Below, piece after piece: positions 47,761-58,451 of a DNA stretch of 64,000 nt. The translations under genes and the position numbers were made by a program. The notes under the pieces are model-generated. The model did not search any database, was not told where the DNA came from, and worked only from the letters and a program-made list of their open reading frames with translations. Numbering within the stretch: position 1 is the stretch's first letter; every line of letters begins with the position of its first letter. This DNA comes from an uncultured Bacteroidaceae bacterium (GTDB taxonomy: Bacteria; Bacteroidota; Bacteroidia; Bacteroidales; GCA-2748055): positions 7,371 to 71,370 of the forward strand of contig CAYZMH010000005.1 of the NCBI GenBank assembly GCA_964479445.1, in the 5' to 3' direction.

Positions 47761-48783
47761 TTATAATCCGCGGTAATGTTTCTCCCAGTTCCAGGCCGAT
47801 CGCAGGGAATCCTCCAGGGAGGCCTCTGCTTTCCATCCCAATACCTTATTGGCCAGCGATGTATCGGCATACACCTGTTCCACGTCTCCCTCCCTGCGTC
47901 CGGTAACCTTATAGTTCAGAGACTGACCCGTTGCTTTCTCAAAGGCATGGATCATCTCGAATACCGATACCCCCCTGCCGGTTCCCAGGTTAAAGACCTC
48001 GAAACCCGAATCGTTCTCTCCCCCGATCATGCGTTCTATGGCAACCACGTGGGCCCGGGAGAGATCCACCACGTTGATGTAATCGCGAATGGCCGAACCA
48101 TCCGGTGTATTGTAATCGTCCCCGAACACTTTCAGCTCTTCCCTCATTCCTGCAGCGGTCTGGGTGATAAACGGAACGAGGTTATTGGGAACCCCCGACG
48201 GCAGTTCCCCGATCAGGGCTGAAGGGTGGGCCCCGATGGGATTGAAATATCGAAGTGAAATGTAACGGATCTCCGGGTGAGGCACCCTGAAATCCTGCAT
48301 GATCTGCTCGGCAATCTGCTTGGTATTGCCGTAGGGTGAGTTGGCCTTTTTAACCGGGGCCTTTTCTGTAACCGGCAATTGATCGGGTTCCCCGTATACC
48401 GTGCAGGAAGAAGAGAAGACCATGCTTTTCACACAGTAAACCTGCATTCCTTCCAGCAGGTTGATCAGGGCATTGAGGTTGTTCCTGTAATACTCCAGGG
48501 GCAGATCCACGCTTTCCCCCACCGCTTTGAGCGCCGCAAAATGGATCACCGCGTCCAGGTTAAGATGTTTCCTGAAGATGCCCAGGGTAGCTTCCCGGTC
48601 CCTGAGATCGGTCTTTTCAAATTTGGGCTTTTTGCCGGTGATGGCAGCAACCTGGTCCAGCACCTCGATCGAGGAGTTGGAGAGGTTGTCAACGATCACC
48701 ACTTCATGGCCTGCCTGCTGAAGTTCTACAACGGTGTGTGACCCGATATAACCCGTTCCGCCTGTAACCAGAATTTTACTCAT
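47761..48783 (-). CDS. galE: UDP-glucose 4-epimerase
   Basis: GGTGYIGSHT, HFAALKAVGES, FSSSCTVYG, YGNTK, LRYFNPIGAH. Confidence 0.96.
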   Translation of the reverse strand: MSKILVTGGTGYIGSHTVVELQQAGHEVVIVDNLSNSSIEVLDQVAAITGKKPKFEKTDLRDREATLGIFRKHLNLDAVIHFAALKAVGESVDLPLEYYRNNLNALINLLEGMQVYCVKSMVFSSSCTVYGEPDQLPVTEKAPVKKANSPYGNTKQIAEQIMQDFRVPHPEIRYISLRYFNPIGAHPSALIGELPSGVPNNLVPFITQTAAGMREELKVFGDDYNTPDGSAIRDYINVVDLSRAHVVAIERMIGGENDSGFEVFNLGTGRGVSVFEMIHAFEKATGQSLNYKVTGRREGDVEQVYADTSLANKVLGWKAEASLEDSLRSAWNWEKHYRGL

Positions 48784-48792
48784 AGACCTGTT

Positions 48793-50088
48793 TTATAAAC
48801 TCCAATAGTGTAATTCCTGAATCTTGTTTCTGAATACCCCTTTCAGGTCCACGATCAGTGCATCTCCCGAGGTGATCGACTTGAAATACGATTCATCCAG
48901 GGAGACATACTTATCATGGTTGACCGCCAGGATCACCGCCTGGTAGGGACCTTCGATGGATTCCTTCAGTTCGAATCCATACTCTTCCCTGACCTCAACC
49001 GGGGATGCGTAGGGATCCACCACATCCACACCGATTCCAAATTCACTCAGCTCGTAGACCAGTTCAGCGACCTTGGAATTCCGTATATCACTCACATTCT
49101 CCTTGAAGGTGGCACCCATGACCAGCACCCGGCTTTCGGTGAGGTTGCCAAACAGGTTGGAGATCTTCACTGCCATCCTCTTGGCTACGTAAGCCGACAT
49201 GCCGTCATTGATGCTTCGCCCCGAGTTGATGATCTGTGCATGATGACCGTACATGGCAGATTTAAAGGTGAGGTAATAGGGATCCACACCGATGCAATGC
49301 CCTCCTACCAGTCCGGGAAAGAAATTCAGGAAGTTCCATTTTGTTCCTGCAGCTTCAAGCACCTCGAAGGTATTGATGTTCATTTTATCGAAGATCATGG
49401 AGAGTTCGTTCATAAAGGCGATATTGATATCCCGCTGGGTATTCTCAATGATCTTGGCCGCCTCCGCAACCTTGATGGAACTGGCCCGGTGGACTCCCGC
49501 CTTGATCACCAGTTCGTAGGTGCGGGCAATCTCCTCCGCCGATTCGGCATCGCACCCGGATGTCACCTTGGTGATCTTTGTCAGCGTGTGCTTTTTATCA
49601 CCGGGATTGATCCGTTCCGGGGAAAACCCCACTTTGAAATCACCGATGATATCCAATCCCGAGGTCTTTTCCAGCAAGGGAATACAATCCTCCTCGGTAC
49701 ATCCCGGGTAAACCGTGGATTCATATACCACATAATCCCCTTTCCCAAGCACCTTTCCCACCATTTCGGTGGCGCTTAAAAGCGGATGCAGGTCGGGTTT
49801 TTTATGCTCATCGATGGGGGTGGGGACGGCCACCACATAGAATGACGCCCCTGCAATGTCCTCGATCGAAGAGGTGAAGGTGATGTCACACCCCTCGAAA
49901 GCTTCCGGAGGAAGCTCCTGGCTGGGATCTTCTCCCCTTTTCATCTTCTCCACGCGGTCTGATTTGATATCGAACCCGATCACTTTGACTTTTCGTGCAA
50001 ACTCCAGTGCAATCGGCAAACCGACATATCCCAGTCCGATCACCGCCATAGTCGCTTTCTTATCAACTAACTCCTGATACATGGGCAA
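48793..50088 (-). CDS. UDP-N-acetylhexosamine 6-dehydrogenase (WbpA/WbpO/TviB family)
   Basis: IGLGYVGLP, VAVPTP, YESTVYPG, SPERINPG, ENTQRDINIA, GGHCIGVDPYYL. Confidence 0.9.
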   Translation of the reverse strand: MPMYQELVDKKATMAVIGLGYVGLPIALEFARKVKVIGFDIKSDRVEKMKRGEDPSQELPPEAFEGCDITFTSSIEDIAGASFYVVAVPTPIDEHKKPDLHPLLSATEMVGKVLGKGDYVVYESTVYPGCTEEDCIPLLEKTSGLDIIGDFKVGFSPERINPGDKKHTLTKITKVTSGCDAESAEEIARTYELVIKAGVHRASSIKVAEAAKIIENTQRDINIAFMNELSMIFDKMNINTFEVLEAAGTKWNFLNFFPGLVGGHCIGVDPYYLTFKSAMYGHHAQIINSGRSINDGMSAYVAKRMAVKISNLFGNLTESRVLVMGATFKENVSDIRNSKVAELVYELSEFGIGVDVVDPYASPVEVREEYGFELKESIEGPYQAVILAVNHDKYVSLDESYFKSITSGDALIVDLKGVFRNKIQELHYWSL

Positions 50089-50184
50089 TTTTTATTTCGT
50101 ATATAGCTATTATCTAAAGTTTTTCAAGGGATTCACAGGAACATCTTCAACCTTCACAGGGTGCCTGCTATTCTGTTTGATTTG

Positions 50185-51135
50185 TTAAGGAACTTGCCTG
50201 GCAAGGGGGTGATAATCCCCTTTGAGTCCGACCGGGGTCGAATTTCGTATGGTGTATACCGTTTGTATCGACTTCCGGGCAGCTTCCACTCCAAATCCCT
50301 TTCCGGATAGTATTTCCTGGTAGGATATGGTGTGAAGATCGGTAAAGCCTCCGCTGAATTCAATCTCCTCTCTGTCAACCCTGATCGACCGGTAGGTGCG
50401 CTGACCCTTTTCCCTGACCTCCCGGGGCAGGTCTTGCGAATCAATGCTGAGGAACCAGCGAACCCGCGCCTTTTCCAGTTCGAGTGTTCCTGCCGCTTTG
50501 TCCTCATCCAGTACCTGCACCACGTTCTCTTTTGCATCCCCGAAGATCCAGGTGAGCATGTCGAAGAAGTGCACCCCGATATTGGTGGCGATCCCGCCCG
50601 ATTTATGTACGTCACCCTTCCATGAAAAGTGGTACCAGTTTCCCCGGCTGGTGATATAGGTCAGGTCGATATCATGCATGGCGTCATTCGGTTGCTCATC
50701 GATCTTTTTCTTCAGCTCCAGGATGGAGGGGTGGTGACGAAGCTGCAGGATGTTGAACACCCTGTGACCGGTCTCCTTCTCGTAGTCGATGAGGGCGTCA
50801 ATATTCCATGGATTGAGCACAAGGGGTTTCTCGCATATGGCATCGGCCCCGTTCCTGAGGGCAAAGCGGATATGCGAATCATGCAGGTAATTGGGGGAGC
50901 AGATCGACACATAATCAACCCTTGTTCCTTCCCGGTTCAGCTTGGCTATGTGCCGGTCGAACCGCTCAAATTCCACGAAAAAATCCATTTCGGGGAAGTA
51001 GGAATCAACGAAACCCACACTGTCAAACCGGTCCAGCGAAGCAACCAGAAGGTTACCGGTATCTTTGATTGCTTTCACGTGACGTACGGCGATATAACCG
51101 GCAATCCCTATCAGGGCAAAATTCTTTTTCTCCAT
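50185..51135 (-). CDS. wbpB: UDP-GlcNAcA 3-oxidase, WbpB/WlbA-like (Gfo/Idh/MocA family)
   Basis: YVSICSPNYLHDSHIRFALR, CEKPLVLNPWN, ATNIGVHFFDML, FSGGFTDLHT. Confidence 0.88.
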   Translation of the reverse strand: MEKKNFALIGIAGYIAVRHVKAIKDTGNLLVASLDRFDSVGFVDSYFPEMDFFVEFERFDRHIAKLNREGTRVDYVSICSPNYLHDSHIRFALRNGADAICEKPLVLNPWNIDALIDYEKETGHRVFNILQLRHHPSILELKKKIDEQPNDAMHDIDLTYITSRGNWYHFSWKGDVHKSGGIATNIGVHFFDMLTWIFGDAKENVVQVLDEDKAAGTLELEKARVRWFLSIDSQDLPREVREKGQRTYRSIRVDREEIEFSGGFTDLHTISYQEILSGKGFGVEAARKSIQTVYTIRNSTPVGLKGDYHPLARQVP

Positions 51136-51139
51136 TTGT

Positions 51140-51718
51140 TCAGGTTAACTTTCGTACTTGGTTGTTTTCCAGTTTGTATTGCTCCCCGCTTTCCGGACAC
51201 GCGGCCAGGCCGCTTTCATTGAAAGTAAGACGGTGGCCGTATTCGCTCATCCAGCCGGCGTGCCGTGCGGGATTCCCCACAACCAGTGAATAGGGTTTTA
51301 CCTCCCTGGTGACTACCGCGCCTGCACCAATGAACGCATAGGGACCGATATTGTTCCCGCATACGATCGTGGCGTTGGCCCCGATGGAGGCTCCTTTTCC
51401 CACCAGGGTTTGCTCGTATTGTCCGCGCCTGACCACAGCGCTTCGCGGATTGGTCACATTGGTAAATACCATGGAGGGACCAAGGAAGACATCATCTTCG
51501 CAGGTAACACCGGTGTAGATCGAAACATTGTTCTGTACCTTCACATTGTTTCCCAGGACCACTTCGGGGGATACCACCACGTTTTGCCCCAGGTTGCAGT
51601 TCTTTCCAAGGACGGCGTTTTTCATAATGTGGGTGAAGTGCCATATTTTGGTTCCTGCACCAATGGAACAACCCTCATCAATTACGGCGGTTTCGTGTGC
51701 AAAATAGGCTTTTTCCAT
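51140..51718 (-). CDS. wbpD: Hexapeptide-repeat N-acetyltransferase, WbpD/WlbB-like
   Basis: HETAVIDEGCSIGAGTKIWHF, GQNVVVSP, VFLGPSMVFTNV.NPRS, VGNPAR. Confidence 0.88.
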   Translation of the reverse strand: MEKAYFAHETAVIDEGCSIGAGTKIWHFTHIMKNAVLGKNCNLGQNVVVSPEVVLGNNVKVQNNVSIYTGVTCEDDVFLGPSMVFTNVTNPRSAVVRRGQYEQTLVGKGASIGANATIVCGNNIGPYAFIGAGAVVTREVKPYSLVVGNPARHAGWMSEYGHRLTFNESGLAACPESGEQYKLENNQVRKLT

Positions 51719-51724
51719 AACCGG

Positions 51725-52852
51725 TCATTTAAAAAATCCTTTAACAGCATCCGTAACAGCCTCCAGCTGATCCTGTTCCATCTCGGTATGCACGGGCAGA
51801 CTGAGCACCCGTTCACACATGGCCTCGGTCACCGGAAAATCTCCTTCCCGGTACCCCAGATCGGCATACGCCTTTTGCACGTGCAACGGCACAGGGTAAT
51901 AGATCATCGCGGGAATATTGTGTTCCTGCAGGTGGGATTTCAAGGCGTCCCGCTTCCCATGAGCCACCTGGAGGGTATATTGATGATATATATGGGTGGA
52001 GAAGGGGCTTTTAGCCGGAACGGAAAGTTCAGGCAGATCCCCCAGTGCCCGGTCATAGAAGGCGGCTACCTTCTGCCGGGCTTCATTATAGGCATCGAGA
52101 TACTGCAGCTTGACCCGAAGGATGGCCGCCTGGAGTGTGTCCAGCCTCGAGTTGACCCCCACATAGTCGTAATGGTACCGCTTTTTCATACCATGGTTTA
52201 CCAGGGCCCCGATTTTTTCTGCCAGCTTCTCGTCCGAAGTGAACAGTGCGCCACCGTCCCCGTAAGCCCCCAGGTTTTTACTGGGGAAGAAAGAGGTGCA
52301 TCCGATTTCACCCAGCGTCCCGGCTTTCTGTACCTGTCCGTTTTCAAACCGGTAACCGGTACCCAGGGCCTGGGCTGCATCTTCGATTACATAGAGCTGG
52401 TTTTCGCGGGCCAGGGAGCGTATCGGTTCCATGTGGGCAGACTGTCCAAAGAGGTGGATTGGCACAATGGCACGGGTTTTTGGAGTGATGGCTTTCTCAA
52501 TAAGGCCGGGATTCATGTTGAAGGTATGCGGATCAATGTCCACCAGGACCGGCTTCAATCCCAGGAGCCTGATCACTTCAATGGTAGCGATGAAGGTAAA
52601 GGGGGTGGTGATCACCTCATCGCCGGGTTCCAGGTCCAGCGCCATCATGGCCACCTGCAGGGCATCGGTGCCATTACCGCAGGCAATGCAGTACGGAACA
52701 TCCATGTAATCAGCTAACTCCTCCTGGAATGCTTTTACCTCGGGGCCTTTGATGAAAGCTGTTGACTCCAGGACCCGTCCGATCGCTTCATTGATCTCTT
52801 CCCGGATCTTCAGGTACTGGGTATGCAGGTCCACCATGCGTATTTCTCTCAT
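51725..52852 (-). CDS. wbpE: DegT/DnrJ/EryC1/StrS aminotransferase, WbpE/WlbC-like
   Basis: CGNGTDAL, IEDAAQA, SFFPSKNLG..GDGG, NSRLDTLQAA; adjacent to wbpD and wbpB. Confidence 0.82.
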   Translation of the reverse strand: MREIRMVDLHTQYLKIREEINEAIGRVLESTAFIKGPEVKAFQEELADYMDVPYCIACGNGTDALQVAMMALDLEPGDEVITTPFTFIATIEVIRLLGLKPVLVDIDPHTFNMNPGLIEKAITPKTRAIVPIHLFGQSAHMEPIRSLARENQLYVIEDAAQALGTGYRFENGQVQKAGTLGEIGCTSFFPSKNLGAYGDGGALFTSDEKLAEKIGALVNHGMKKRYHYDYVGVNSRLDTLQAAILRVKLQYLDAYNEARQKVAAFYDRALGDLPELSVPAKSPFSTHIYHQYTLQVAHGKRDALKSHLQEHNIPAMIYYPVPLHVQKAYADLGYREGDFPVTEAMCERVLSLPVHTEMEQDQLEAVTDAVKGFFK

Positions 52853-53051
52853 GACCTGTGCGCTTTAAATGAAGTACGAAGATAATAATAAAATATGGTC
52901 GATTTATGGAATCATGATCACTTTATTGCGTTGATAACTCTGTTCAGAAATCATACCCGGGTTGGATATTCGTCCGTCTATTTATATTACTTTTGTTATA
53001 ACAGGGAATGACGATTGCCGGGGGAATGTTCCTTTAAACCTACATTGAGAT

Positions 53052-54203
53052 ATGGCAACCATTGGCACCTATGTTAAGCAACTCCTTTTAAAGAGAGAGC
53101 GTGTTATTCTGCCAGGATTCGGGAACCTGGAGATCGGGGAAGGAACCTCGCGGAAGGAAGAAGGGAGGCTGGATCCGCCCGGGCCCGTGGTCAGGTTTGA
53201 CGCTGCCTATTCACGGGACGACGGGAAACTGGCTGAAGCGTATGCCGCCGGAGAGGGGATAGACCGGGAAGAGGCGCAGCAGCAGGTGCTCGAACTGGTC
53301 GATGCAATCAGGTTTGCGCTGGATCGCGGACTGGAATATACTCTTGAGCCGGTAGGAGTATTCAGGAGGAACGAAGACCACAAAATCTTTTTTACAAAAA
53401 ATCCCGAATGGGTGATCGATCCAGATCTTTTCGGACTGGAATCCCTGGATCTTCTTGAACTGGAAGAGGAGAAGGATGAGGCCGGGACCGGGGCCGGTCT
53501 GCAGGATAAAGCATCGCCCGGGACCCCTGAAGAGGAGCAGGAAGCTCCACCGGGAGAAGCTCGCCAACCGATATCTGAAAAACATACCCCGTCAAAGCAA
53601 AAAGAGACACCTATGACCCCATCCAGACCTGCCGCAAAAAAGAGCCGTGCCCCGGTAAACAAATGGAAGATCATCTGGATCGTGACCGGATCACTGATTG
53701 CCGTACTGGTTCTTTTTCTGCTGATCCCGGTGAACAACCAGGGTGGGTTCGGACTGGAGTTCGGGAAGGATGGGATTCTGATCAGAGACGGGCAGAACCG
53801 GGATGATTCCCCCGGTGAAGAAACGGGAGAAACATCAGCTCCCGGAGCGACAGGATTAAACGGGACCGGAACAGATGAGCCCGGAATGGAGGGGAACGGA
53901 AGCGGGGAATCTGCTGCGCAGGGTGTCTCCGCCCCCGGGGAGGAAGGGGAACAAGATGCGGATAAGCCGGTTACCGCTCCCCGCTATTATATTATTGCAG
54001 GCAGCTTCGGTGACCTGGACAATGCCACCAGTCTGATGGACGATTTGAAATCCCAGGGATTTCCCGCAGAGTTGATCCGAACCGAGAACCGTATGTACCG
54101 GGTGGCTGTTAAATCATACCGCTCCAAAAAACAGGCGATCGATGACCTGGCCTATGTGAAAAAATATACCGGAATGGAGGGTTGCTGGGTACTCTCGCGC
54201 TAG
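53052..54203 (+). CDS. HU-like (HU-CCDC81-type) N-terminal domains, a TM helix and a C-terminal SPOR domain
   Basis: N-terminus VKQLLLKRERVILPGFG...LEPVGVF; TM segment WKIIWIVTGSLIAVLVLFLLIPV; C-terminus YYIIAGSF..LDNA...GFPAELI...YRVAV. Confidence 0.8.
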   Translation: MATIGTYVKQLLLKRERVILPGFGNLEIGEGTSRKEEGRLDPPGPVVRFDAAYSRDDGKLAEAYAAGEGIDREEAQQQVLELVDAIRFALDRGLEYTLEPVGVFRRNEDHKIFFTKNPEWVIDPDLFGLESLDLLELEEEKDEAGTGAGLQDKASPGTPEEEQEAPPGEARQPISEKHTPSKQKETPMTPSRPAAKKSRAPVNKWKIIWIVTGSLIAVLVLFLLIPVNNQGGFGLEFGKDGILIRDGQNRDDSPGEETGETSAPGATGLNGTGTDEPGMEGNGSGESAAQGVSAPGEEGEQDADKPVTAPRYYIIAGSFGDLDNATSLMDDLKSQGFPAELIRTENRMYRVAVKSYRSKKQAIDDLAYVKKYTGMEGCWVLSR

Positions 54204-54241
54204 TTATTTTGTATATCCTGATTGTACATTTCCTTTTGAAG

Positions 54242-54265
54242 GGCTATAAAATGGCGTTTATAGCC
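54242..54265. terminator. Hairpin between the convergent SPOR gene and metG
   Basis: GGCTATAAA-atggcg-TTTATAGCC, a perfect 9-bp stem with no clear U-tract. Confidence 0.45.
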
Positions 54266-54270
54266 ATACG

Positions 54271-56304
54271 CTAATTTACCTGGGCCCCGTTTTCTGCTTC
54301 GGGGGAAGGCTCTACGAAACGGAGTTTACCGTCCGGGTTCTCCGACAGCAGTAACATGCCGCGTGACTCAATGCCCCGGATCTTACGGGGTGCCAGGTTA
54401 ACCAGAACGCATACCTTCTTGCCCGGGAGCGCATTGGGTTCATAATATTCAGCAATGCCTGAAATGATGGTTCGCTGATCCAGTCCGGTATCCACCCGCA
54501 TCCTGATCAGCTTTTTGGTTTTGGCCACTTTTTCAGCCTCCAGGATAGTGCCGACGCGAATATCCATCCCGGTGAAATCCTCGAAGGAAATCTCCTCTTT
54601 CTGATCAGCGACAGGCTTTTCTTCTTCCACCGAAACCCGGGTGTTTTGCAGTTTATCCAATTGTTGCTGCACCTGCTCATCTTCTACCTTTTCAAAAAGG
54701 AGCGCTGCTTTATTTACCTGGTGCCCGCTCTCCAGCAGGTCGCTTTCCCCCACCTGTTTCCAGCGTGTCTCTCCGAAGTTGATAAACTCCCTGAGGCGCT
54801 GCATGGAGAAGGGTAGGAAGGGATCAAGCAGAATGGTGAGGTTGGCCGTGATCTGCATGGCGATGTTGAGAATGGTTTTTACGCGTTCTTCATCGGTTTT
54901 GATCAGTTTCCATGGTTCGGTGTCGGCCAGGTACTTGTTGCCGAGCCTGGCCAGATCCATGGCATATTTTACCGCCTCCCGGAACCGGAAGGCATCCAGG
55001 CTTTTCTCCACCGACCGGGCGATGGTTTCAATGGAGGAGAGGGTTTCCCGGTCAAAATTGGTCAGCTCCTGACGGGCAGGAATTTTGCCATCAAAATACT
55101 TGTTGGTCAATACAATAGCCCGGTTCACAAAATTACCCAAAATAGCCACCAGTTCATGGTTATTGCGGTTCTGGAAATCTTTCCAGGTAAAGTCGTTGTC
55201 TTTGTTTTCCGGGGCGTTGGCGCAGAGAACATATCGCAGGACATCCTGCTTACCGGGAAAATCCTCCAGGTATTCATGGAGCCAGACTGCCCAGTTACGG
55301 GAGGTGGAGATCTTATCATTTTCCAGGTTCAGGAACTCATTGGCCGGTACGTTATCGGGCAGTATGTAGGATCCCTCCGCTTTCAGCATGGCGGGAAAAA
55401 TAATGCAGTGAAATACGATGTTATCTTTCCCGATGAAGTGGATCAACCGGGTGTCGTCACTTTTCCAGTATTTCTCCCAATCGGGCGTAAGTTCCCGGGT
55501 TGCGGAGATGTAGCCGATCGGGGCGTCAAACCATACATAGAGTACTTTACCTTCTGCATTTTCAAGGGGTACCGGCACTCCCCAGTCCAGGTCACGGCTG
55601 ACTGCCCTTGGCTGAAGCCCCTGGTCGAGCCACGACTTGCATTGTCCGTATACATTGGGCTTCCACTCCCTGTGTTCTTCCAGGATCCACTGGCGCAGCC
55701 AGGGCTCATACTGATCCAGGGGCAGGTACCAGTGCCTGGTCTCCTTCAGAACCGGTTTACTGCCGCTGATCGTGGAGGTGGGATTACCCAGTTCATTCGG
55801 ACTGAGTGATGAGCCGCACTGTTCGCACTGGTCGCCGTAGGCTCCGGGATTGCTGCAATGCGGACAGGCACCGGTGATGTAGCGGTCGGCCAGGAATGCC
55901 CGGGCCTCCTGGTCGTAGTATTGTTCCGATGTCTTTTCAATGAATTTTCCCTCGTCGTACAACTTCCTGAAGAACCCGGATGCCGTTTCATAGTGTGCTT
56001 TGTTGGAGGTGCGGGAGTAAATATCGAAGGTGATCCCGAATGATTCGAACGATCGTTTATTCATTTCGTGATAACGGTCAACGATATCCTGGGGAGAGAC
56101 CCCTTCCTTACGGGCTTTCAGGGTGATGGGAACACCATGCTCATCGGATCCGCATATAGCGAGGACCTCCTTCTCCTGCAGGCGGAGATAACGGGTGTAA
56201 ATATCGGAGGGAACATAAACGCCTGCCAGGTGACCCAGGTGGATCGGACCGTTGGCATAGGGCAGGGCAGAGGTGATCAGGTAGCGTTTGTACTCTTTCT
56301 TCAT
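54271..56304 (-). CDS. metG: Methionine--tRNA ligase with C-terminal tRNA-binding domain
   Basis: [39 protein letters not shown]-terminal DIRVGTI...[10 protein letters not shown]. Confidence 0.98.
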   Translation of the reverse strand: MKKEYKRYLITSALPYANGPIHLGHLAGVYVPSDIYTRYLRLQEKEVLAICGSDEHGVPITLKARKEGVSPQDIVDRYHEMNKRSFESFGITFDIYSRTSNKAHYETASGFFRKLYDEGKFIEKTSEQYYDQEARAFLADRYITGACPHCSNPGAYGDQCEQCGSSLSPNELGNPTSTISGSKPVLKETRHWYLPLDQYEPWLRQWILEEHREWKPNVYGQCKSWLDQGLQPRAVSRDLDWGVPVPLENAEGKVLYVWFDAPIGYISATRELTPDWEKYWKSDDTRLIHFIGKDNIVFHCIIFPAMLKAEGSYILPDNVPANEFLNLENDKISTSRNWAVWLHEYLEDFPGKQDVLRYVLCANAPENKDNDFTWKDFQNRNNHELVAILGNFVNRAIVLTNKYFDGKIPARQELTNFDRETLSSIETIARSVEKSLDAFRFREAVKYAMDLARLGNKYLADTEPWKLIKTDEERVKTILNIAMQITANLTILLDPFLPFSMQRLREFINFGETRWKQVGESDLLESGHQVNKAALLFEKVEDEQVQQQLDKLQNTRVSVEEEKPVADQKEEISFEDFTGMDIRVGTILEAEKVAKTKKLIRMRVDTGLDQRTIISGIAEYYEPNALPGKKVCVLVNLAPRKIRGIESRGMLLLSENPDGKLRFVEPSPEAENGAQVN

Positions 56305-56539
56305 GCGTTGTGGGTTTCATGATGGAACAGGTGCAAAGATACACATTAATCCTTTTTTGAAAATCTTCTTTAATACGTCCCGCACTTCCCCGGTGGGTTC
56401 CCGGGAGGCTGGAGTTGGCTGAATGGTCAACAGGGGGCGTTACCAGCTGTGTATGAAATTAACTGTCTGTAAGTAAACCAATTCACAGGACATTGATTGG
56501 TCCTCTCGGTAAAGCTTTGTACCTTGCAAAAAAAAGCCC

Positions 56540-57454
56540 ATGGTAACACCTCTTCCCCTGGAATCCGGAAATACCATCGGAATAGTCGCACCGGCCCGTT
56601 CCATTGAGATGAAAGAGTTACGCGCATTCATCGCAATGATTGCCGGCAGGGACTATGCGGTTCGTTTCGGCAGGCATCTTTTTGGGAAAGAGGACCAGTT
56701 TTCGGGAAGTGACAAAGAGCGGAGGGATGACCTGGAAGAGATGATCAGGGATCCACAAGTCAGTGCCGTCATTGCTGCCCGCGGGGGCTATGGAACTGTT
56801 CGCATTCTTTCCAAACTGGATCCGGAGCTGTTCCGGGAGCATCCCAAATGGGTGGTGGGGTACAGCGATATTTCAGCGTTGCACGCATGGCTGAACTACA
56901 GGGTTGGAGTGGAATCGGTGCACGGACCCATGCCGTACTCCTTTTCCACGAATCCCCCGGTGGATGAAGATTCGTTTCAATCCCTCTTCAATATTCTGGA
57001 GGGTAACCCGGTGAGCTATGCCATGGAGCACCATCCCTTTAACAATCCCGGGAAAGCGGCCGGCACGATCGCAGGTGGTAATCTTTCGGTTCTCTACTCC
57101 CTGGCAGGTACCCCCATAGAACCGGATTACGAGGGGGCGATCCTCTTTTTGGAAGAGGTGGATGAATACCTGTATCATATCGATCGTATGCTGATGAATT
57201 TTGAGCTGCGGGAGGTATTCCGGAAAATCGCCGGCCTGGTGATAGGCGATTTTACCCGGTTAAACGACAATCCCACCCCGTTTGGGGCCGATGCCCTGGA
57301 GATGATTGCTGAAAGGGCCCACCGGTATAATGTACCGGCGCTGTTTGGGTTTCCGGGCGGACATGGAACGCGGAACCGGGCGCTGATATTTGGCAGGGAC
57401 GGCACATTAACCTGTGGGGAGGGGAAAAACCTCCTTCGGTTGTACCGTATCTGA
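56540..57454 (+). CDS. LD-carboxypeptidase (peptidase S66)
   Basis: ARGGYG, GYSDIS, GGNLSV, LFLEEVDE, GGHG. Confidence 0.92.
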   Translation: MVTPLPLESGNTIGIVAPARSIEMKELRAFIAMIAGRDYAVRFGRHLFGKEDQFSGSDKERRDDLEEMIRDPQVSAVIAARGGYGTVRILSKLDPELFREHPKWVVGYSDISALHAWLNYRVGVESVHGPMPYSFSTNPPVDEDSFQSLFNILEGNPVSYAMEHHPFNNPGKAAGTIAGGNLSVLYSLAGTPIEPDYEGAILFLEEVDEYLYHIDRMLMNFELREVFRKIAGLVIGDFTRLNDNPTPFGADALEMIAERAHRYNVPALFGFPGGHGTRNRALIFGRDGTLTCGEGKNLLRLYRI

Positions 57455-57459
57455 TACCT

Positions 57460-57828
57460 ATGGCACATTCCCATGAAGTGGGGCGAACCGCAGAAGAGCT
57501 GGCGGAGCGGCACCTGGTTTCCCTGGGTTACCGCATCCTGGAGCGAAACTGGTATTCCGGGAAACGGGAAGCAGATATTATCTGTACCCGGGATACCTTC
57601 CTGGTACTGGCCGAAGTAAAAGCGTTTCACCACCACAGGATCACCTTTATCGATGAGGTGGTTTCACGCAGGCAGCAACGTTTCCTGGTGGATACCGCCG
57701 AGGCCTATCTGCGGCTGCATCCCCGGTTGGACCTGCATATCCGTTTTGATGTGATCATCGTGAATTTCCGGGAAAAAGGGTTTTCTATCGAACATATTGA
57801 GGATGCATTTTACCCCGAAGCCGAATAG
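57460..57828 (+). CDS. YraN family (UPF0102) protein
   Basis: GRTAEELA..HL...GYRILERNW, EADII, EVK, RFDVI, IEHIEDAF. Confidence 0.9.
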   Translation: MAHSHEVGRTAEELAERHLVSLGYRILERNWYSGKREADIICTRDTFLVLAEVKAFHHHRITFIDEVVSRRQQRFLVDTAEAYLRLHPRLDLHIRFDVIIVNFREKGFSIEHIEDAFYPEAE

Positions 57829-57884
57829 CGGTATATTTGCAGAACCATCACCGCTCAGGTGGTGCATCTAAATCTTACAGACTC

Positions 57885-58451
57885 ATGAAAAGAATCATTC
57901 GTTATTTCCTCCAGGGGATTCTCTACCTGGCACCCCTGGCGATCACAGGGTATATTATTTACATGTTATTCCGGTTTACCGACGGATTGTTGCAGGAATA
58001 CCTGGAAGCTTATCTCCATATCAAGGTACCCGGACTGGGGATATTGATCATTGTGCTTTTCCTGGTGTTGCTGGGATGGGTCGGGCAGTCGATCATTGCC
58101 CGGCCGTTCCGCATTCTGATCAACAAGATCATCAGCCGGGCTCCCCTTGTAAGGGATGTTTATAACATCATCCGGGACCTTTTCTCGGCTCTTGTGGGGA
58201 AAGAGAAAAAGTTTACCCACCCTGTGCTGGTGAAAGTAAACGCGGTCTCCGAACTCGAAAAACTGGGTTTCCTTACCCAGTCAGATCTCAAAAAGCTGGG
58301 AGAGAAGGAGAAGGTGGCAGTCTACTTCCCCCATTCCTATAATTTCTCCGGGGAACTGTTTATTGTTCCGGCTGTTCATGTACGCCCCCTGGATCTACCC
58401 CCGGGGGATGTTATGAAGTTTATCGTATCGGGTGGTGTGGTCAACCTCTAA
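57885..58451 (+). CDS. DUF502 domain membrane protein
   Basis: Start MKRIIRYFLQG at 57885; PLAIT, PGLG, VAVYFPHSYNFSG, MKFIVSGG. Confidence 0.88.
   Translation: MKRIIRYFLQGILYLAPLAITGYIIYMLFRFTDGLLQEYLEAYLHIKVPGLGILIIVLFLVLLGWVGQSIIARPFRILINKIISRAPLVRDVYNIIRDLFSALVGKEKKFTHPVLVKVNAVSELEKLGFLTQSDLKKLGEKEKVAVYFPHSYNFSGELFIVPAVHVRPLDLPPGDVMKFIVSGGVVNL

Noticed and set aside
51410-52717. 435 aa plus-strand ORF
   Set aside because: Antisense shadow of wbpE/wbpD; no family motifs.
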